Part shown: positions 51,048-64,000 of the stretch, one piece after another
Numbering within the stretch: position 1 is the first letter of the stretch
Layout of the letters: each line of letters opens with the position of its first letter
Assembly (NCBI GenBank): GCA_951406725.2
Contig: OX597814.1
Location: forward strand, 69,378,001-69,442,000
Length of the DNA: 64,000 nucleotides
From: Octopus vulgaris
Lineage: Eukaryota
Direction of reading: 5' to 3'
Notes under the pieces: generated by a model
The model's input: the letters and a program-made list of their open reading frames with translations, nothing else
Databases searched by the model: none
Told to the model about the DNA's origin: nothing
Position numbers and translations under genes: made by a program

Positions 51048-51353
51048 CTCAGGCATGTTCATGTCATCCACAAAATAGATAAGTTGCTTATTGCCAATAG
51101 GTCCATAATTACGACCAGCTTTCTTCTCTAAAGGTTTTTCCAGGATATCCTGCAGCAACTGAGATGTTGTGTAGAAATTAAAAGGTACATTGACAGTCAT
51201 GTAGGTTTCTGGTAATGATATCAGCTTATCCTGCATGAGGACAGATTTACCACTTCCAGCTGTACCAACAAGCATCACAGGTCGTTTGGCAGTAATGAGA
51301 ATATCCAAGAAGTATCGAATACATGTAGTTTCAGTTATTGGCACCAATGTAGA
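51048..51353 (-). CDS. DNAH9: Dynein heavy chain internal exon C: AAA3 Walker A and Walker B
   Basis: STLVPITET...[12 protein letters not shown]...[15 protein letters not shown]...[12 protein letters not shown]; 306 nt, gttttAG acceptor, GTaagc donor. Confidence 0.96.
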
Positions 51354-53245
51354 CTAAAACAACAGAAATATTAAAAATCTCATTACCAAACTGAACACCT
51401 TTAAGATAAAATACCTGCTAAAATCAATCTTCTTCCATTTCTATATGAGTGATATCTTATTACTTATAAAAAGAGGTTGAAAAGAGAGAAGTGTTCAAGT
51501 CAAGAAAAGAGATGGAGAAATGTGGAAGGGCAGTAAGAGAGAGAGAAGAACTTTCTTTTCCTTCTTTATCACATTCATTCTTCTGTTTTCTCATCACTCC
51601 CTCTTGCAAACACACACACAGCATGTCAACCAGTCAACTTTTTAAGCTAAAACTAACTGGAAAACTGAACTATCCCCATCTTTTAAATTCTGAGCAGATG
51701 ATAATTTTTAATTGGGGTTATATTTAATAATTATAAAAATTAATGTTTAAATTCACCTCTAATTAATGTCACTCTCATGAACTTCAAAGATATAGTATTT
51801 GACTTGTTGAAAAATTACTACCTCATAGCATTCAGGTTATTATTTTGACTGGTTGTTCTATGTGAGAAGATGCCTTTATAGTCTGGCTATAAAGGCATCT
51901 TCTCACCATCTGACTCAAAAATACCTAACTTATATATAAAAGGCTGCCATTTCATAAAATTCAACTTTGCTGTCCCCATAAATAAATCACAGGGTCAAAT
52001 TTTATCTGTTGCTGGGGATAACTTTTTGTTGCATGAATGAGAATTGGAAGGTAATACATTTTTTTCTTATGCTCCAGGAAATTGTTTATGAATAAGACAA
52101 AAGATGATATAGTGCAGAAAAATGACAAGCCTACAAATAATACATGAATTGTTTCATGTTTTGTATAGCAAAACCATTTTATATATGTTTCTACTTGAGT
52201 AACACTGGATAAGCCAATGAGCAAGGCTCTACAGGGTATCATGACTTGTCAAAAATACCAAAATCTATTTCAAAATATTCTACTGCATTATGATCCAAAG
52301 AGATACCACTCTGTGGTAGCTAAACATGACAAATATCATCCAAATCTTACATCAATCACAACTAGCACATATTAGGCAATGAGGAAGACTTAACTATTAT
52401 AATTAGACCCGATAAGAATAGCAACTTAAACGACACACACACAGTGGTAGTAAGATAAAGGCTTCTGAATGAAAAAGTACATGAAAACTGTTGAAGAAAA
52501 TGAAGCAAATATGTTCAGCTAGATGTGTTATGTTAGCAGAATAAAAATCATAGTACAAATGGGCTGAGAAAAAACAACGAAAAAAAAAACGCCCTGAGTA
52601 AAAGACTAGTACATATGCATATAAATTATGACAGATGGATAAAGGAATATGGATGAGAAAATAAGCATGCTTAAAGTGAAACAACTCAGTGGTAGGTAAA
52701 CAAAGGTATTAACAAATAGAAGAGGGGAAATGGAAAGACAGAGGTAGGAGTGGTGAAAACTAACTTCAGAATGTTGAATCTCACAAGAATCAAAACTATG
52801 TTAGAGAGAACCTATGTAACACTTGCAAGCATAGTGAAGTGAGCATAAAAATGAATTAAAGGAAGTCATTATGATGTAGTTAGACTTGATAGAAACCACT
52901 GCCTTATTCTATCTCCCTAAATTCATATTCTATACATATATATACATGTGCCAATGAGGGAGACCTCCATATGGTTGCTAGATATTGTAGAAATAGCAGT
53001 CAAATTATCTTCAAACTTCTTGCTTTATGTTACTTTGATACAATACTACAGTATTGTTGAATACTTCAGCCAGTGGGTTTATATTTTTCAGAGATTTAGT
53101 TATTTATCCTAGGAGGGTCACAGCCACAACCTAGTGGTAGGATCAGAATTAGGTTTAGGTAAAAGAATATATGAATTGTTGGAACAATTATTCTTAAAGA
53201 TGGAAGCTTCTACATACAGGAATAGGCTTCTACATACAGGAATAG

Positions 53246-53655
53246 GCACAGGAGTGGCTGTGTGGTAAGTAGCTTGTTTACCAACCACATGGTTCCGGGT
53301 TCAGTCCCACTGTGTGGCTCCTTGGGCAAGTGTCTTCTACTGTAGCCTTGGACCGACCAAAGCCTTGTGAGTGGATTTGGTAGACGGAAACTGAAAGAAG
53401 CCTGTCGTATATATGTATATATATATATGCGTGTGTGTGTTTGTGTGTCTGTGTTTGGCCCCCTAGCATTGCTTGACAACCGATGCTGGTGTGGTTATGT
53501 CCCCGTTACTTAGCAGTTCGGCAAAAGAGACCGATAGAATAAGTACTGGGCTTACAAAAGAATAAGTCCCGGGGTCGAGTTGCTCGACTAAAGGCGGTGC
53601 TCCAGCATGGCCGCAGTCAAATGACTGAAACAAGTAAAAAGAGTAAAAAAGAGAA
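53246..53655 (+). mobile_element. Full-length CORE-like tRNA-derived SINE (OR2-like)
   Basis: A box TGGCTGTGTGG, B box GGTTCAGTCCC, CCTTGGGCAAGTG core-like motif, internal (TA)/(TG) tract, GTAAAAAGA tail repeats; CpGs retained. Confidence 0.85.
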
Positions 53656-53970
53656 ATACAGATTACCACTCAGTCATAACATTTTAGGAACAACTACTGA
53701 GATAGTGTAAGATATCACATCTTGCACATCAATTCAGTAGTTTTAATGCAGTTTTAATTTAAAACCAAGTGAGTTGTAGACGAGCACCTTAAACTTACAG
53801 CAACTGCACATACCATATGCTTTCAAATGCAAAAATTAAAAATGTATAAAAGGTGCTAAAGAACATAGTAACTAAACAGTTAATGTATTTAGTTAAAAGT
53901 GCAATATTATAAAAGGAATGTATTATATTATAAAAGGAATGTAAGATGTTTAAATGAAAGCTAATCATAC

Positions 53971-54144
53971 CTTGAGAGGAATATCTGGATCAAACTCAAA
54001 TGGATTCACTTTCTTAGACCAGTGCTCAAATTTTTTTGTCTCTGAATCAATGAAGTAATCAAACACAGTACCTTGGGCAGGAAACTTTATTGATTTGAAT
54101 TCTGTTATCCACCACTTTGAAAATTCATTCCTATAGTCCACAAG
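53971..54144 (-). CDS. DNAH9: Dynein heavy chain internal exon B (not in the ORF track)
   Basis: LVDYRNEFSKWWITEFKSIKFPAQGTVFDYFIDSETKKFEHWSKKVNPFEFDPDIPLK; 174 nt, ttttAG acceptor, GTatga donor, phase 0/0; conserved FPxxGTVFDY motif. Confidence 0.94.
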
Positions 54145-54348
54145 CTAAAATACAATTTATATCATGATATTACTATCTGAACAAAAACCCATCTTTATCA
54201 TGATTATCATATGATGATAGTAGTAATGTTGAAAGTAATGATGTTGATGTTAGAGAGAGATTTTGATGTGAAGTTATGCCTTTCATTTCCTATGAATTGT
54301 CTCAGAAAATGCAATATTTTAAATGTATCCTCTTGTATTTAAAAATAG

Positions 54349-54577
54349 TTAACCCATTAGCATTTAAGCCAGCCATATCAGGCACAGATATTCTATCTGT
54401 TTTATGTTCAAATTGGCTAGATCCAGCCTTCTACACCTATCTTACAAAGGTATTCTAAAAATAGACCATTACATCATTGAAATCTGAAAAGCTATGAGAT
54501 AATACATGATATTTTCAAATCAATGTAAATAAATAAACATTATATTTGATAGAGTTATCTTAAAACAAAAGGATTAA
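54349..54577. mobile_element. piggyBac-like MITE
   Basis: TTAA-CCCATTAGCATTTAAG ... CTTAAAACAAAAGGA-TTAA; degenerate TIRs. Confidence 0.45.
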
Positions 54578-54725
54578 AAGTGCTTTGTTTCTTCTCTAAA
54601 TAAAGGTTTCTAGAAGTTTTTTAAACAAATTGTTTTATGCATACTTTTTAGTTACTGTCATTGACTGCTATTAATTAGATTAAAAGTAGATGAGGTCAGT
54701 CAAGCAAGGAAGCAGAAAATTTTAC

Positions 54726-55008
54726 CTGGTCATGAAACATGGTACTTCCAAAAGCCCATATACATGCAAACACAAAATAATACTCATAGACTTCTTTGGT
54801 TGAATCTGGTGGTACATTATGTGGTGTGATTAAGCATTCCAGTAAATAGCACAGCATTTGCACATGACTAAATTCTGTGATTGGAATAATTTTTTTAAAC
54901 CGAATTCGCAAAATATCCAAGCAAGGAGGTATATACTTATCAAAAAGTATTGTCAAAATGGCTTTCTCTGATTGTATTTCTCTAGCATCAACCCAACTTT
55001 GAACATAG
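54726..55008 (-). CDS. DNAH9: Axonemal dynein heavy chain (outer-arm beta type, DNAH9/11/17 co-ortholog), internal exon A, AAA2 C-terminal region
   Basis: Translates (x)[31 protein letters not shown]...[18 protein letters not shown]. Acceptor tttttcAG at 55010-55009, donor GTaaa at 54725-54724; 283 nt. Symbol is nominal: vertebrate DNAH9/11/17 cannot be separated here. Confidence 0.93.
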
Positions 55009-55609
55009 CTGAAAAATAAATAAGTAAATTAATTTTGTTTGAAATTTATAGAATGTCTAAATGTGAAACAAAATTTGTTCTAAACTTCAATAAATTATTT
55101 TAAAAAATATACATATAATCTCTTTTATCTCACCACTGCTGGCAAAACCATCATCTACAAGACAACAGTGTCTTCTTAAATGAGAGGTATTGCATAAATC
55201 ATTTCAATATGATTAATAACTATCAGTAACATCTGCATGTGTGTGCAGATGTAAATGTATTTGTTCAGAAATGCACATATGCATTAGCATGCAAGTGTGT
55301 GTGTATGTAAATCTGTATGTGTGCATGTACATGTGCATAAGTGCTTTAAGCCAAATCAAAGATTTGGTCAGTGATTTATGTTTTATCTTTTTCTTCTTAG
55401 TGTTACAATTTTTTTGGCACTATTCATTTGAGAGGTATCTCTCTACCAAGTCTGACTTTGTCTGAAGAAGCAGCTGAATGCAGTGGAAACTCCACTGGAT
55501 TGGCCAAAGAAATTATATATATCTATATTTACATTCAAGCCAACAGTGACAAATCAATTTGAATTCAGAGATTTATTCTCCAATATTGGTTTTCCTAATC
55601 ATGACTTCA

Positions 55610-56850
55610 TTTCAAAACAGAAGCCCAATCTACCCCCATTGTTTCTGTGAATGGAACAAAAGTCATAGACACTTTTGTTTACCTTGGAAGCACACTATCA
55701 AGAGATGGTGGTTTTGATTCAGAGGTATACTATCAAATAGGGAAAAGAAGTGTTGTATTTGGAAAACTGGAAAAACAAGTATGGGTGGATAGAGGTATAT
55801 CCTTGCAGACAAAATTCAGTGTCTATAAAATGTGTGTGTTGACTGCACTTCTTTATTCAAGTGAGATGTGGACCTCTCACAGGCATCATATGAAAATGCT
55901 CGAGAAATTTCGCTAAAAGTGCCTGACGTATCTTGAGAGTCAAGTGGGAATGTTTCATACTTCGGAAGTTTTGCACATGGTACATTATGACTCAATTGAA
56001 CATGTCATCCTGGCTCAAATGAGATAGGCAGGACATGTTATTAGAATGAAAGATGGGCGATTGCTAAACTATCTTTTTTATGGTGGGCTCAACTCTGGTA
56101 AGCAATCGCAACATCAGCCAAGGACAACATACAAAGACTGTGTGAAGTCTGAGGAATCTATTGGGTTGGTGCATAATTATTGCAGCTTTTTTTTGGTGCA
56201 TAATTATTGCAGCAAATTTTATTCAACAAAAACAATAACGATATTTAACAAAAACATCTTTAAATGACAGTCTGACCATCTGCCAAGCAAATGGGAAGCA
56301 GTAATTGAAGTAGATGGTGAATATGCTCCGGAATAATCACTTAAAAATGTTTTTGTTACATATTGTTATTGTTTTTGTTGAATAAAGTTTGTTGAAAAAA
56401 GCTGTAATAATTATGCATCAACCCAATAGATATGAACATGAGTGATTGGGAAACTGATGCTCTGGAACGGAACAAATGGAAAGATACTGTTAGGACTGGT
56501 TGCAACAGCTGGGAAGAAAAGATGATTCAGTGCTCTGAACTTAAAAGGGACTGTCAGAAAGAAACAATTGGAACTGAAATCAACAGTGGATATATATGTA
56601 TTATGTGTCATCATGTTTTGTTGTCGAAAGCAGGATACATGAATCATATGAAATCACATGAAAATCGAAATGCCCAACCATCACTTACAACTTGTGTCAT
56701 ATGTCACAAAACTTGTGATAATATCTGGACTTAAAAGACATATGCTAGTTCACAAAAACATTCCTTCAGAATCAGATTCCAAAGGGCAAAGATGTAGAAG
56801 AAATTTGAGTAATATCTGTCACGACAGCTATCAACTGTTAAGATGAAGCA
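55610..56850 (+). mobile_element. RTE-BovB-like LINE 3' part with two C2H2 fingers, split by a MITE
   Basis: FVYLGSTLS, LLYSSEMW, GHVIRM, LFYG, YKDCVK, CIMC...HMKSH, CVIC...HMLVH. Confidence 0.85.
56161..56426 (+). mobile_element. Mariner-derived MITE
   Basis: TIRs TTGGGTTGGTGCATAATTATTGCAGC / GCTGTAATAATTATGCATCAACCCAA, TA TSD at 56159-60 and 56427-28, transposase tail LPSKWEAVIEVDGEY. Confidence 0.9.
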
Positions 56851-57319
56851 ATCATATGTATGTGTGTGTGTGTATACAAGTACATGGTATCAGGTTCAGT
56901 CCCACTGTGTAGCACCTTGAGCAAGTGTCTCTTGCTATAACACCAAACTGACAAAAGCCTTGTGAGTGGATTAGATTTATAGAAACTGAAAAACACCTGA
57001 TGTATGTATATATGTATCAGTGTTTAACATCCACCTTCCATGCTGGCATGGGTGGGAATGTGTGTGTATGTATAATGTATATATTTATGCATTTGTTTAT
57101 GTTTGTGTCCCTTTCTCTTGACACTATATAATTATTGCAAGTGAATGTCATACATTTCCAATATACAGTGTATATACATATCTGGTCATGGGGAAGTATT
57201 ATCTTGTTTAGAAGCAGGTGAATGTTGGTGAAGGGAAGGGCATCAAGTCATACAGAATCTGCCTCTCAAAACTCAATTCAACACATGTAAGCATGGAAAA
57301 GTGATTGTTAAAACAATTT

Positions 57320-57720
57320 AATATTCTATTATCTATATATAGCAGATCAGCAGTTCTTGATTTCTTCCTTTTTGCTCCTCTGGCAATAGATTCTCTTTTT
57401 GCAGAAAATTATATAATTCATCTGTTATGAGGTAAGTTACAACTTACAAGAGTAATAGTAAGCAATTAATAGGTCTATAATTGGTGACTTCCCCTCTCTT
57501 TTCTTTGTCTTTCTGCATCAGCACTGTCTTTCCTGTTGTCATCCATGTTGGTGTTCCATTTTCTAAGCAGTCAATAAAAAACCTGCTCATATATAACTGT
57601 GTATACTTGAGAAATTCTTGAACCAGAAACCTTGGACACCATCAGTTAGGTATTTTCTTGATCATCTCTTTTACTTTCTTATCCATGATTGTTATATTTT
57701 CTTGTGTCACTACATCTTCA
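57320..57720 (-). mobile_element. Dong/R4-like RT fragment
   Basis: GVQGFWFK...PTWMTTGKTVLMQKDK...NYRPINCL...LLPEEQKG. Confidence 0.75.
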
Positions 57721-57787
57721 ATTTCTCTTAAAATCTTTCTGCTTTTATATTATGTCGTACTTATTGTTATTACTAATATTCTTATTT

Positions 57788-58260
57788 AAGGTGGTGAGCT
57801 GGCAAAATCATTAGCACACTGGGACAAATACTTGACAGCATTTTGTTCGCCTTGACATTCTGAGTTCAAATTCCACCAAGGTTGACTTTGCCTTTCATCC
57901 TTTCGGGGTTGATAAATTATGTACCAGTTGAACACTGGGGTTGATGTAAATCGATTGATTTACCCTCTCTCCAAATTTGCTAGCCTTGTGCCAAAATTAG
58001 AAACTATTATTATTATTAATATTTATAATAATAATAATTAAGGTGATGAGCTGTCAGAATGGTTAGCACACCAGGAAAAATGCTTAGTGGCATTTTGTCC
58101 ATCTTTATATCCTGAGTTCAAATTCCACCATCATCAACTTAGCTTTTCATCCTCTTGAGGGTTGATAAAATAAGTACCAGTTAAGTAGTGGGGTCAATGT
58201 AATCGATTAGCACCCCTCCCCTAAAATTTCAGGCCTTGTGCCAATAGTAGAAAGGATTGT
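57788..58260 (+). mobile_element. Two tandem Nin/Deu-domain-like SINEs with (ATT)n tails
   Basis: Units start at 57788 and about 58039 (AAGGTGGTGAGCTG...GAGTTCAAATTCC...CTTTCATCC...GTACCAGTT). Confidence 0.75.
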
Positions 58261-58261
58261 T

Positions 58262-59046
58262 GTTGTTGTTGTTGTTATTATTATTATTATATGTTTGACT
58301 TTTGCTTTACATTTGCACAAGCTGGCTCCAAGTCTCACCCAGAGACCTCAAGAGACAAGCTGGAAGTTCATGCTGGTGTTATGCCTAGGGTGCCATATAT
58401 TTGGTTTTGTACTTAGTGTTGTACTAGTGAATGCCTAAAAAAACCATACGAAAATTATATTTGTTTTAAAACTTGAGATTATAAAGAAAGTATTTTGCGT
58501 AGGATATGAGCAGTTCCCATGAGCACTATCATTTGAATTTCTGCCATTTTGGGGTTTCCTGGTATCTGAGTTAGGTAGCAATCAGCCCCTTTTGCTATCA
58601 TTCCCAGGGCACCTATGACAACAGGTATTGTTTCAGTCTTCAGGTTCCACATTTTGCTGATTTCTATTTCACGATCTTTATATTTGCTCAGTTTCTGGTA
58701 GGTCTTGACAGATACGTTTATATCGATTGGGACAGTCATATCAATGAGGAGGCATGTTTTTTGTCTGAAGTCTTTTACTATGATGTCTGGCCTATCTGTG
58801 TCTATCTTTCTGTCAGTTAGAATGGTGAAGTTCCAGAGGAGTGAGATGTGGTCATTTTCAAGCACTGGAGTTGGTTTGTGTTCCCACCAGTTTTTTTCAT
58901 GGGGCAAGTCCAGGCTTCTGCAAATTACCCAGTGAATATATTGTGCAGCTCTATTATGCCTGTTGAGATACTCTGTACGCGCAAGAAGACTGCACTTGGA
59001 GACAACATGATCAATGGTTTCATTTTGTTGTTGACATACATGACAT
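58262..59046 (-). mobile_element. Dong/R4-clade LINE 3' fragment
   Basis: CHVCQQQNETIDHVVSKC, RHNRAAQYIHW, RPDIIVKD, LIDMTVP, KYKDREIE, GTAHILRKILS. Confidence 0.9.
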
Positions 59047-62000
59047 CAACAACAACAACAACAACGACAACACACATTCACAACAACAAACAACAACAAC
59101 ACTTTCAACACCACTACTGCCACTGCCAAACACACAAACACACACAGATGCACTTACATCAATAAATACAAGAAACCAGGAACTGGTTGAGTATTTGAAA
59201 AACACAACCAGTACAAGTATAACAGATTTTGTTATACCAAGACACAACACACCACCAGCACACATTCTCACAATAAAAATAAACACAAAAACATACAACG
59301 AAATTAAACAAATATTCCCTAACGATGTGGGATCGTTAGGGAAAAGTTTCTCTAAGAAACTGTACAAAAATATAGTGGAAGCACCCGTGCAAAAGCACAA
59401 GGGAGCCACCCCCACCACAAACAACAGTAAGTAGAGCCTTTTTCTTCCCCCTTTTTTTTTTTTTCTTTTTTTTTACCCTTACTTTTGAAGTATGGCAAAT
59501 CTTAGAATCGGTTGCTTGAATGTGAGAGGCCTCGGGTCACCTTGGAAACAGGGTCACCTGTTAAACGACCTGAGGTTTCATGATGTGGATGTAGCAGCCA
59601 TCAGTGAAACCAGGCTCTCTGACCCGCAGGAACTCGCAGCCCTTTTCGGCGGATACGAGATATTTCTATCTCCGTGTCGGCCGGGAGCGGGCGGTGGTGG
59701 TACTGCGGTGTTGTTTCGGAAGGGCCTGGACTTGAAAATAAGGACAGTCTTCTTGGATCCGGAAGGTAAGTTGGTGGTCCTCGACGTGGATGGTAGTGAC
59801 GGCGGTGCTTTCAGACTGCTGGCTGCCTACGCTCCGACAGGAGCAGGGCAGTCGGATTATTTCAAACGTCTGGAAGTTTTCCTGGGAACGTCACGCACTC
59901 TAGTGCTAGTTGGGGATTGGAACGCAGTCTTAGACGAACGTTTCGATCGGGTGGGCAGAGGGGGAGAGGGGGGTGCAAGAGGGGGAGAGGGGGAGGGTGC
60001 AAGAGCCTCACCAACCTACTCGGCCGCTTTCAGCTGTCCGACAGGTTTCGACTAGACAACCCGAATGTGCCAATGTGGACTTGGACCAATCGCATCGGGT
60101 CGTCTAGATCGTACTTAGATAGAATGTTTTGTAGGCCAGCGGATAAGGACAGCGTAGGGTGTCCACAATTCCACCTAGTCGAATATACGGACCACAAATT
60201 AGTGATCTGTACGGTCGACTTAGAATAGGCTACATAGACAGGGACCCGGCTACTGGAAGCTGAACGCGTCGTTAACGGCGTGCAAAGCTTACAGAGACCG
60301 GATTAGTTTACTAGTTAAGCGGGCGCTCACGGGGGCAATCATCAACAACAACTGGTGGTTTGCCCTCAAGAGAGCAATTAGAGTAGAGTCGATTAGGTAT
60401 AGTAAGACTCTAGCTATTGAACGTAGGAAGAGAGAGCGGGATTTAGTTAAGAAACTAGACGAGGCTCTTGACACTGGCATCGCGACCGACGTGTTGGCCA
60501 ACACTTCGACGACAAACACGAAGGCTGCGTTGTCAGAGCTAAGGCACGTTCGCTAAGCGGGGAGGGGACTAGAGCCGCTCAATGGGCCCGCGTGGCGGAG
60601 GCGAAGCGAGGCAACAAAGCAACCATTCGGTCTTTGGTGGACCAGAACGGGCGCGAGGTTACCGAACTGAAGCAGATGTGTACGGTGCTTCAGCGGCACT
60701 TTGCTCAACTGTTTGGGACGAGCGGTGGAACGGACAACGGTGCAGACTTCGGTGTGTACCTGGACGGCCTACCGCAACTCTCGGACAGCGAGGCAGAGTG
60801 CTGCGAAGGACCGATATCTGCCTGGGGAGTGGGAGAAGCGATGAAGAGTTGCACGAGAGGTAGATCGCCGGGTTTGGATGGTCTGCCCTACGAGCTTTAC
60901 TTTTCAATGCCAGACTTGTTTGCGGGCCTGTTGGCAAACGTCTACTGCAACTGGCAGCAAAACGGGAGAATTCCTGCTTTTGTCTGTCGAGGGGTGGTGG
61001 CTTTGCTGAAGAAGGACCCAAACAAGGGGGACGTTATAGGGAATTTCCAGCCCATCACTCTGCTCAATGCAGAGTTGAAGATTTTGGCCAAGGTGCTAGC
61101 CAAGAGATTGGCACTTGTCGTGGACAAGCTGGTCGGCAAGACGCAGACATGCGCCGTGCCGACCAGTCGATACACGACAACCTCCATCTCATGCGCTACA
61201 TCATAGAGAGGGTGGGTAACGACGCTGGCGCGGGTGGGCCTTTGGATCAGAGTAAAGCCTTCGATAGGGTCGACCATCGGTACCTGGCAGCTGTCCTCAA
61301 GGCAGCCGGCTTCGGTCCAGTCTTCCGCAGGTGGATCGCTGCTTTATACAGTAACATCTGCTCGGTGATACGAGTGAACGGTCACCTTTCGGAACCGTTC
61401 GACATCTCGCGTTCGGTCCACCAAGGATGCCCTCTCTCCTCCCTCTTGTACATTTTGACTCTCGAGCCATTACTGCGCAAGTTGGAGGCTTTGAGGGGTA
61501 TCCCGCGCGATCTAGGAGGCGGAAACAGCGTGTCTGCTTATGCCGACGACGTCACCGTGGTGGTGTCGAGCCACAGGCACATTGGCCTGATTGGCGAGAC
61601 ACTAAACCAGTACGAAGTGGTGACAGGGGCAAAAATTAACGCGGAAAAGTCTGTGGGCTTGCAACTGGGCACCTGGAGAGGCAAGCCCATGCCGTCCAAC
61701 AGCGTCGTAGGGCACTGGACAGACGGACCCGTTAAACTGCTCGGGGTCTGGTTCGGTCCGGACCTCCAGGTGGATAAGAACTGGGAAGAGGTGACGAGCA
61801 GGGTGGCACGTCTCACCCAGAAATGGGCCGAGAGGAAGCTGTCTCTGAAAGGTCGAGCGGAGGTGGCGAATGCGTACATCGCATCCGTCATCTATTACCG
61901 CTTGACCGTCGTCCCTTGTCCCGACCGCTGGTTGGCCAACCTGGTACGCCTGCTCTTCGACTTTTTGTGGAAGGGTCAGGTGCCACTGGTCAGGCGATCC

Positions 62001-63183
62001 ATCTGCTGTCAATGACCGCTGAACGGAGGCCTTGGAATGCCGTGGTTTCTGTTGCGCAGACATGCGCTCAGGCTGCGGCATCTCAAGCGCTTCCTAGACG
62101 GTGAACAGGTGTGGTCGTCTTTTGTCAGACGCGATTTTCCGCAGCTCGTCTCTTTGATGGAGCTGCAGACCTGGATCAAACGTAGACCGAGAAAGGGCGC
62201 TTGGCACCTCGAGTGCCGTCAAGCCCTCTCCGCCCTCCGTCAGGTGAGCAATGCGATCGGTTACAGCTCCACTCTAGTGTTCTATAGAGGGTTAGTGGAG
62301 GAAAAATACGACGACGTTCTCGGAGAAACTCTAGGCGTTGAAGATGACGAACTGAGCGGTCTGTTCGGGAGGACTTTCGGGCCGGGGCCGATGGATAATT
62401 TCCAGAGGTCGCTCGCCTGGCAGTGCTACCGAGGGGCTCTGCCTGTTCGAGATAAACTCTACCGGCACGGAAGTGCCGTCAGCCGGGCCTGCCCGAGGTG
62501 TTGCCAGGACGATGAAACCGTTCTGCACGCACTCGTCCAGTGCCCAAGTATTGCTGAAATATGGGTTTATGTAGAACAGCTACTGTCACGTGTAGGACGG
62601 ATCCGACTATCGGCCGAATCCATAGTGAAGATTGCCCCGCCAACCTCCTTTAACAAGGAGGGCGAGGCCGTTTTCTTGTGCCTAGTGGCTGTGGCGAAAG
62701 AGGTAGTGTGGTGGACTCGTTTGAAAGGGCTAAAGTCAGACACTTTCCTCTTTGGTCAAGGCCTCATCAACTTTTTCAAGTTTCACTTGAAAAGGAAGAT
62801 GAGGTTAGAGAGGAAAGTGCTGTCCAATGGCAAGTTTTATGAAAGGTGGGTGAATTGTGCGAGACTGGCCAGTATAAATGGACCAGTTCTCAGATTTCGC
62901 CTGTGATTTCAAACAAGTAATACAAAAGGAGAAAAAAGGGACTCTCTACACCCCTTTTTTGACCAGGCTCCCATTGGCTTTTGTAGGGTTTTTTTCACCA
63001 GGAACCTTTCGAAACGTCTCCCCCTTTTGGGAGTTTTTCATTGTTAAATGTTTTAAATGTTATTAAGTTTTTACTCGATGTTTTTCAAAAACGGACAAAA
63101 CCCTTTGTAACCTTTCGTCCTGTATTGTCCCTTCATGTTTCAAATCATGCGTGTCAGCCCTTGTGGCCAATAAAAAAGAATTA

Positions 63184-63234
<51 letters not shown>
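59047..63234 (+). mobile_element. Tx1/L1-like LINE (ORF1 3' end, ORF2 59492-62906), (ATT)n tail, inactivated
   Basis: LNVRGL, SETR, GDWN, TDHK, SPGLDG, DQSKAFDRV, HQGCPLS, YADD, CPRC...H...C; frameshifts; AATAAA then (ATT)n. Confidence 0.95.
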
Positions 63235-63235
<1 letters not shown>

Positions 63236-63239
63236 CTTG

Positions 63240-64000
63240 TGCTATTATTAATATTCTTGGTAACCTTGTTTGTGGAATTATATTCAGAACTACTAATAAT
63301 ATGACTGCTTACACCATTATTATTACAAGGTCTTCCAGATCTAGGCATAAAAGTAATTTTTTCCTTGTAATTAGCCCTATCGAGTGCCTCATTAGAGTAC
63401 TGAGAATGTTGCCTAAAGATATTTTCATTGACTGATAGATAAAGAATTCAAGTGGAGACCCTTTTACAATAAAATTTATTGTACTTCTAGAGTGACTAGA
63501 GTAATGTTTTTCTTAAATATTATCATCCAGCTTGTGGCATGGGTAGATAACCCAGAGATAAGGTCCAAGGTGACATTGGAGAAGTTAGCTATATTAAGAT
63601 TATTTTCTACAGTAATACCTAGTTCATAAATGTGAAAAAATGTTCATAATCTCTTCTTAATTCTTTCAATAAATACTTTTAGTGTTAGGAGTTATAAACA
63701 ACACATCACCTTGGTACATACCACCTAAGAGATCAAGGAAACTATACTGTAAGCAGCACAATAAATATATTGTAAATGAGATTTGTGACTTGTACAGAGT
63801 CACCAAATCCAATCATAATACTGAAATTATTAGTCCTGTTTTTTCTCATCCATAATTTCCCATCAAACTCAGTAGCTGAGTGTCTAACATTTCGAAAGAT
63901 ACCAATATCCCTACATGTTAAAGAAGAATTTTTCATTGCAAAACTTAGAACCTTTATAGTAATACTGGAAATGGCTACCAATATTCGACTGTGAGAAACT
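63240..64000 (-). mobile_element. Degenerate Penelope-like RT fragment
   Basis: KLWMRK...NFSIMIGFGDSVQV and GMYQGDVL resemble PLE RT motifs (W.KK..FDVTMGS.DGAE; GLYRDDGL). Confidence 0.55.

Noticed and set aside
59492-62906. Bacterial contamination or horizontal gene transfer suggested by high GC
   Set aside because: It encodes Tx1 ORF2, and older decayed relatives are present in the same window.

Overview
AT-rich, microsatellite-dense eukaryotic DNA; the SINE families and repeat style suggest an octopus or other coleoid cephalopod (inference). The whole window appears to lie inside one minus-strand gene for an axonemal outer-arm dynein heavy chain (beta type, co-orthologous to DNAH9/11/17). 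Four exons can be placed exactly (55008-54726, 54144-53971, 51353-51048, 13408-13241; all GT-AG, frame-continuous), covering the AAA2 end, the linker and AAA3. One intron is 37,639 bp. Almost everything else is transposon-derived: Tx1/L1-like, RTE, RTE-BovB-like, Dong/R4 and HERO LINEs, several Penelope-like elements (PLEs), Gypsy and Tc1/mariner relics, MITEs and several tRNA-derived SINE families. No TE ORF is intact. The best second-look items are a 1.18-kb ORF1-only (HAL1-like) Tx1-type element with a 12-bp TSD, Tx1 copies stacked in (TCTA)n repeats, hammerhead ribozyme motifs, PLEs with inverted pseudo-LTRs, a PHD-like finger inside RTE reverse transcriptase, and a CpG-retaining non-repeat island in the giant intron. 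I cannot demonstrate a new biological system from sequence alone; novelty of these items needs database checks. TE boundaries are approximate unless a TSD or TIR is cited.
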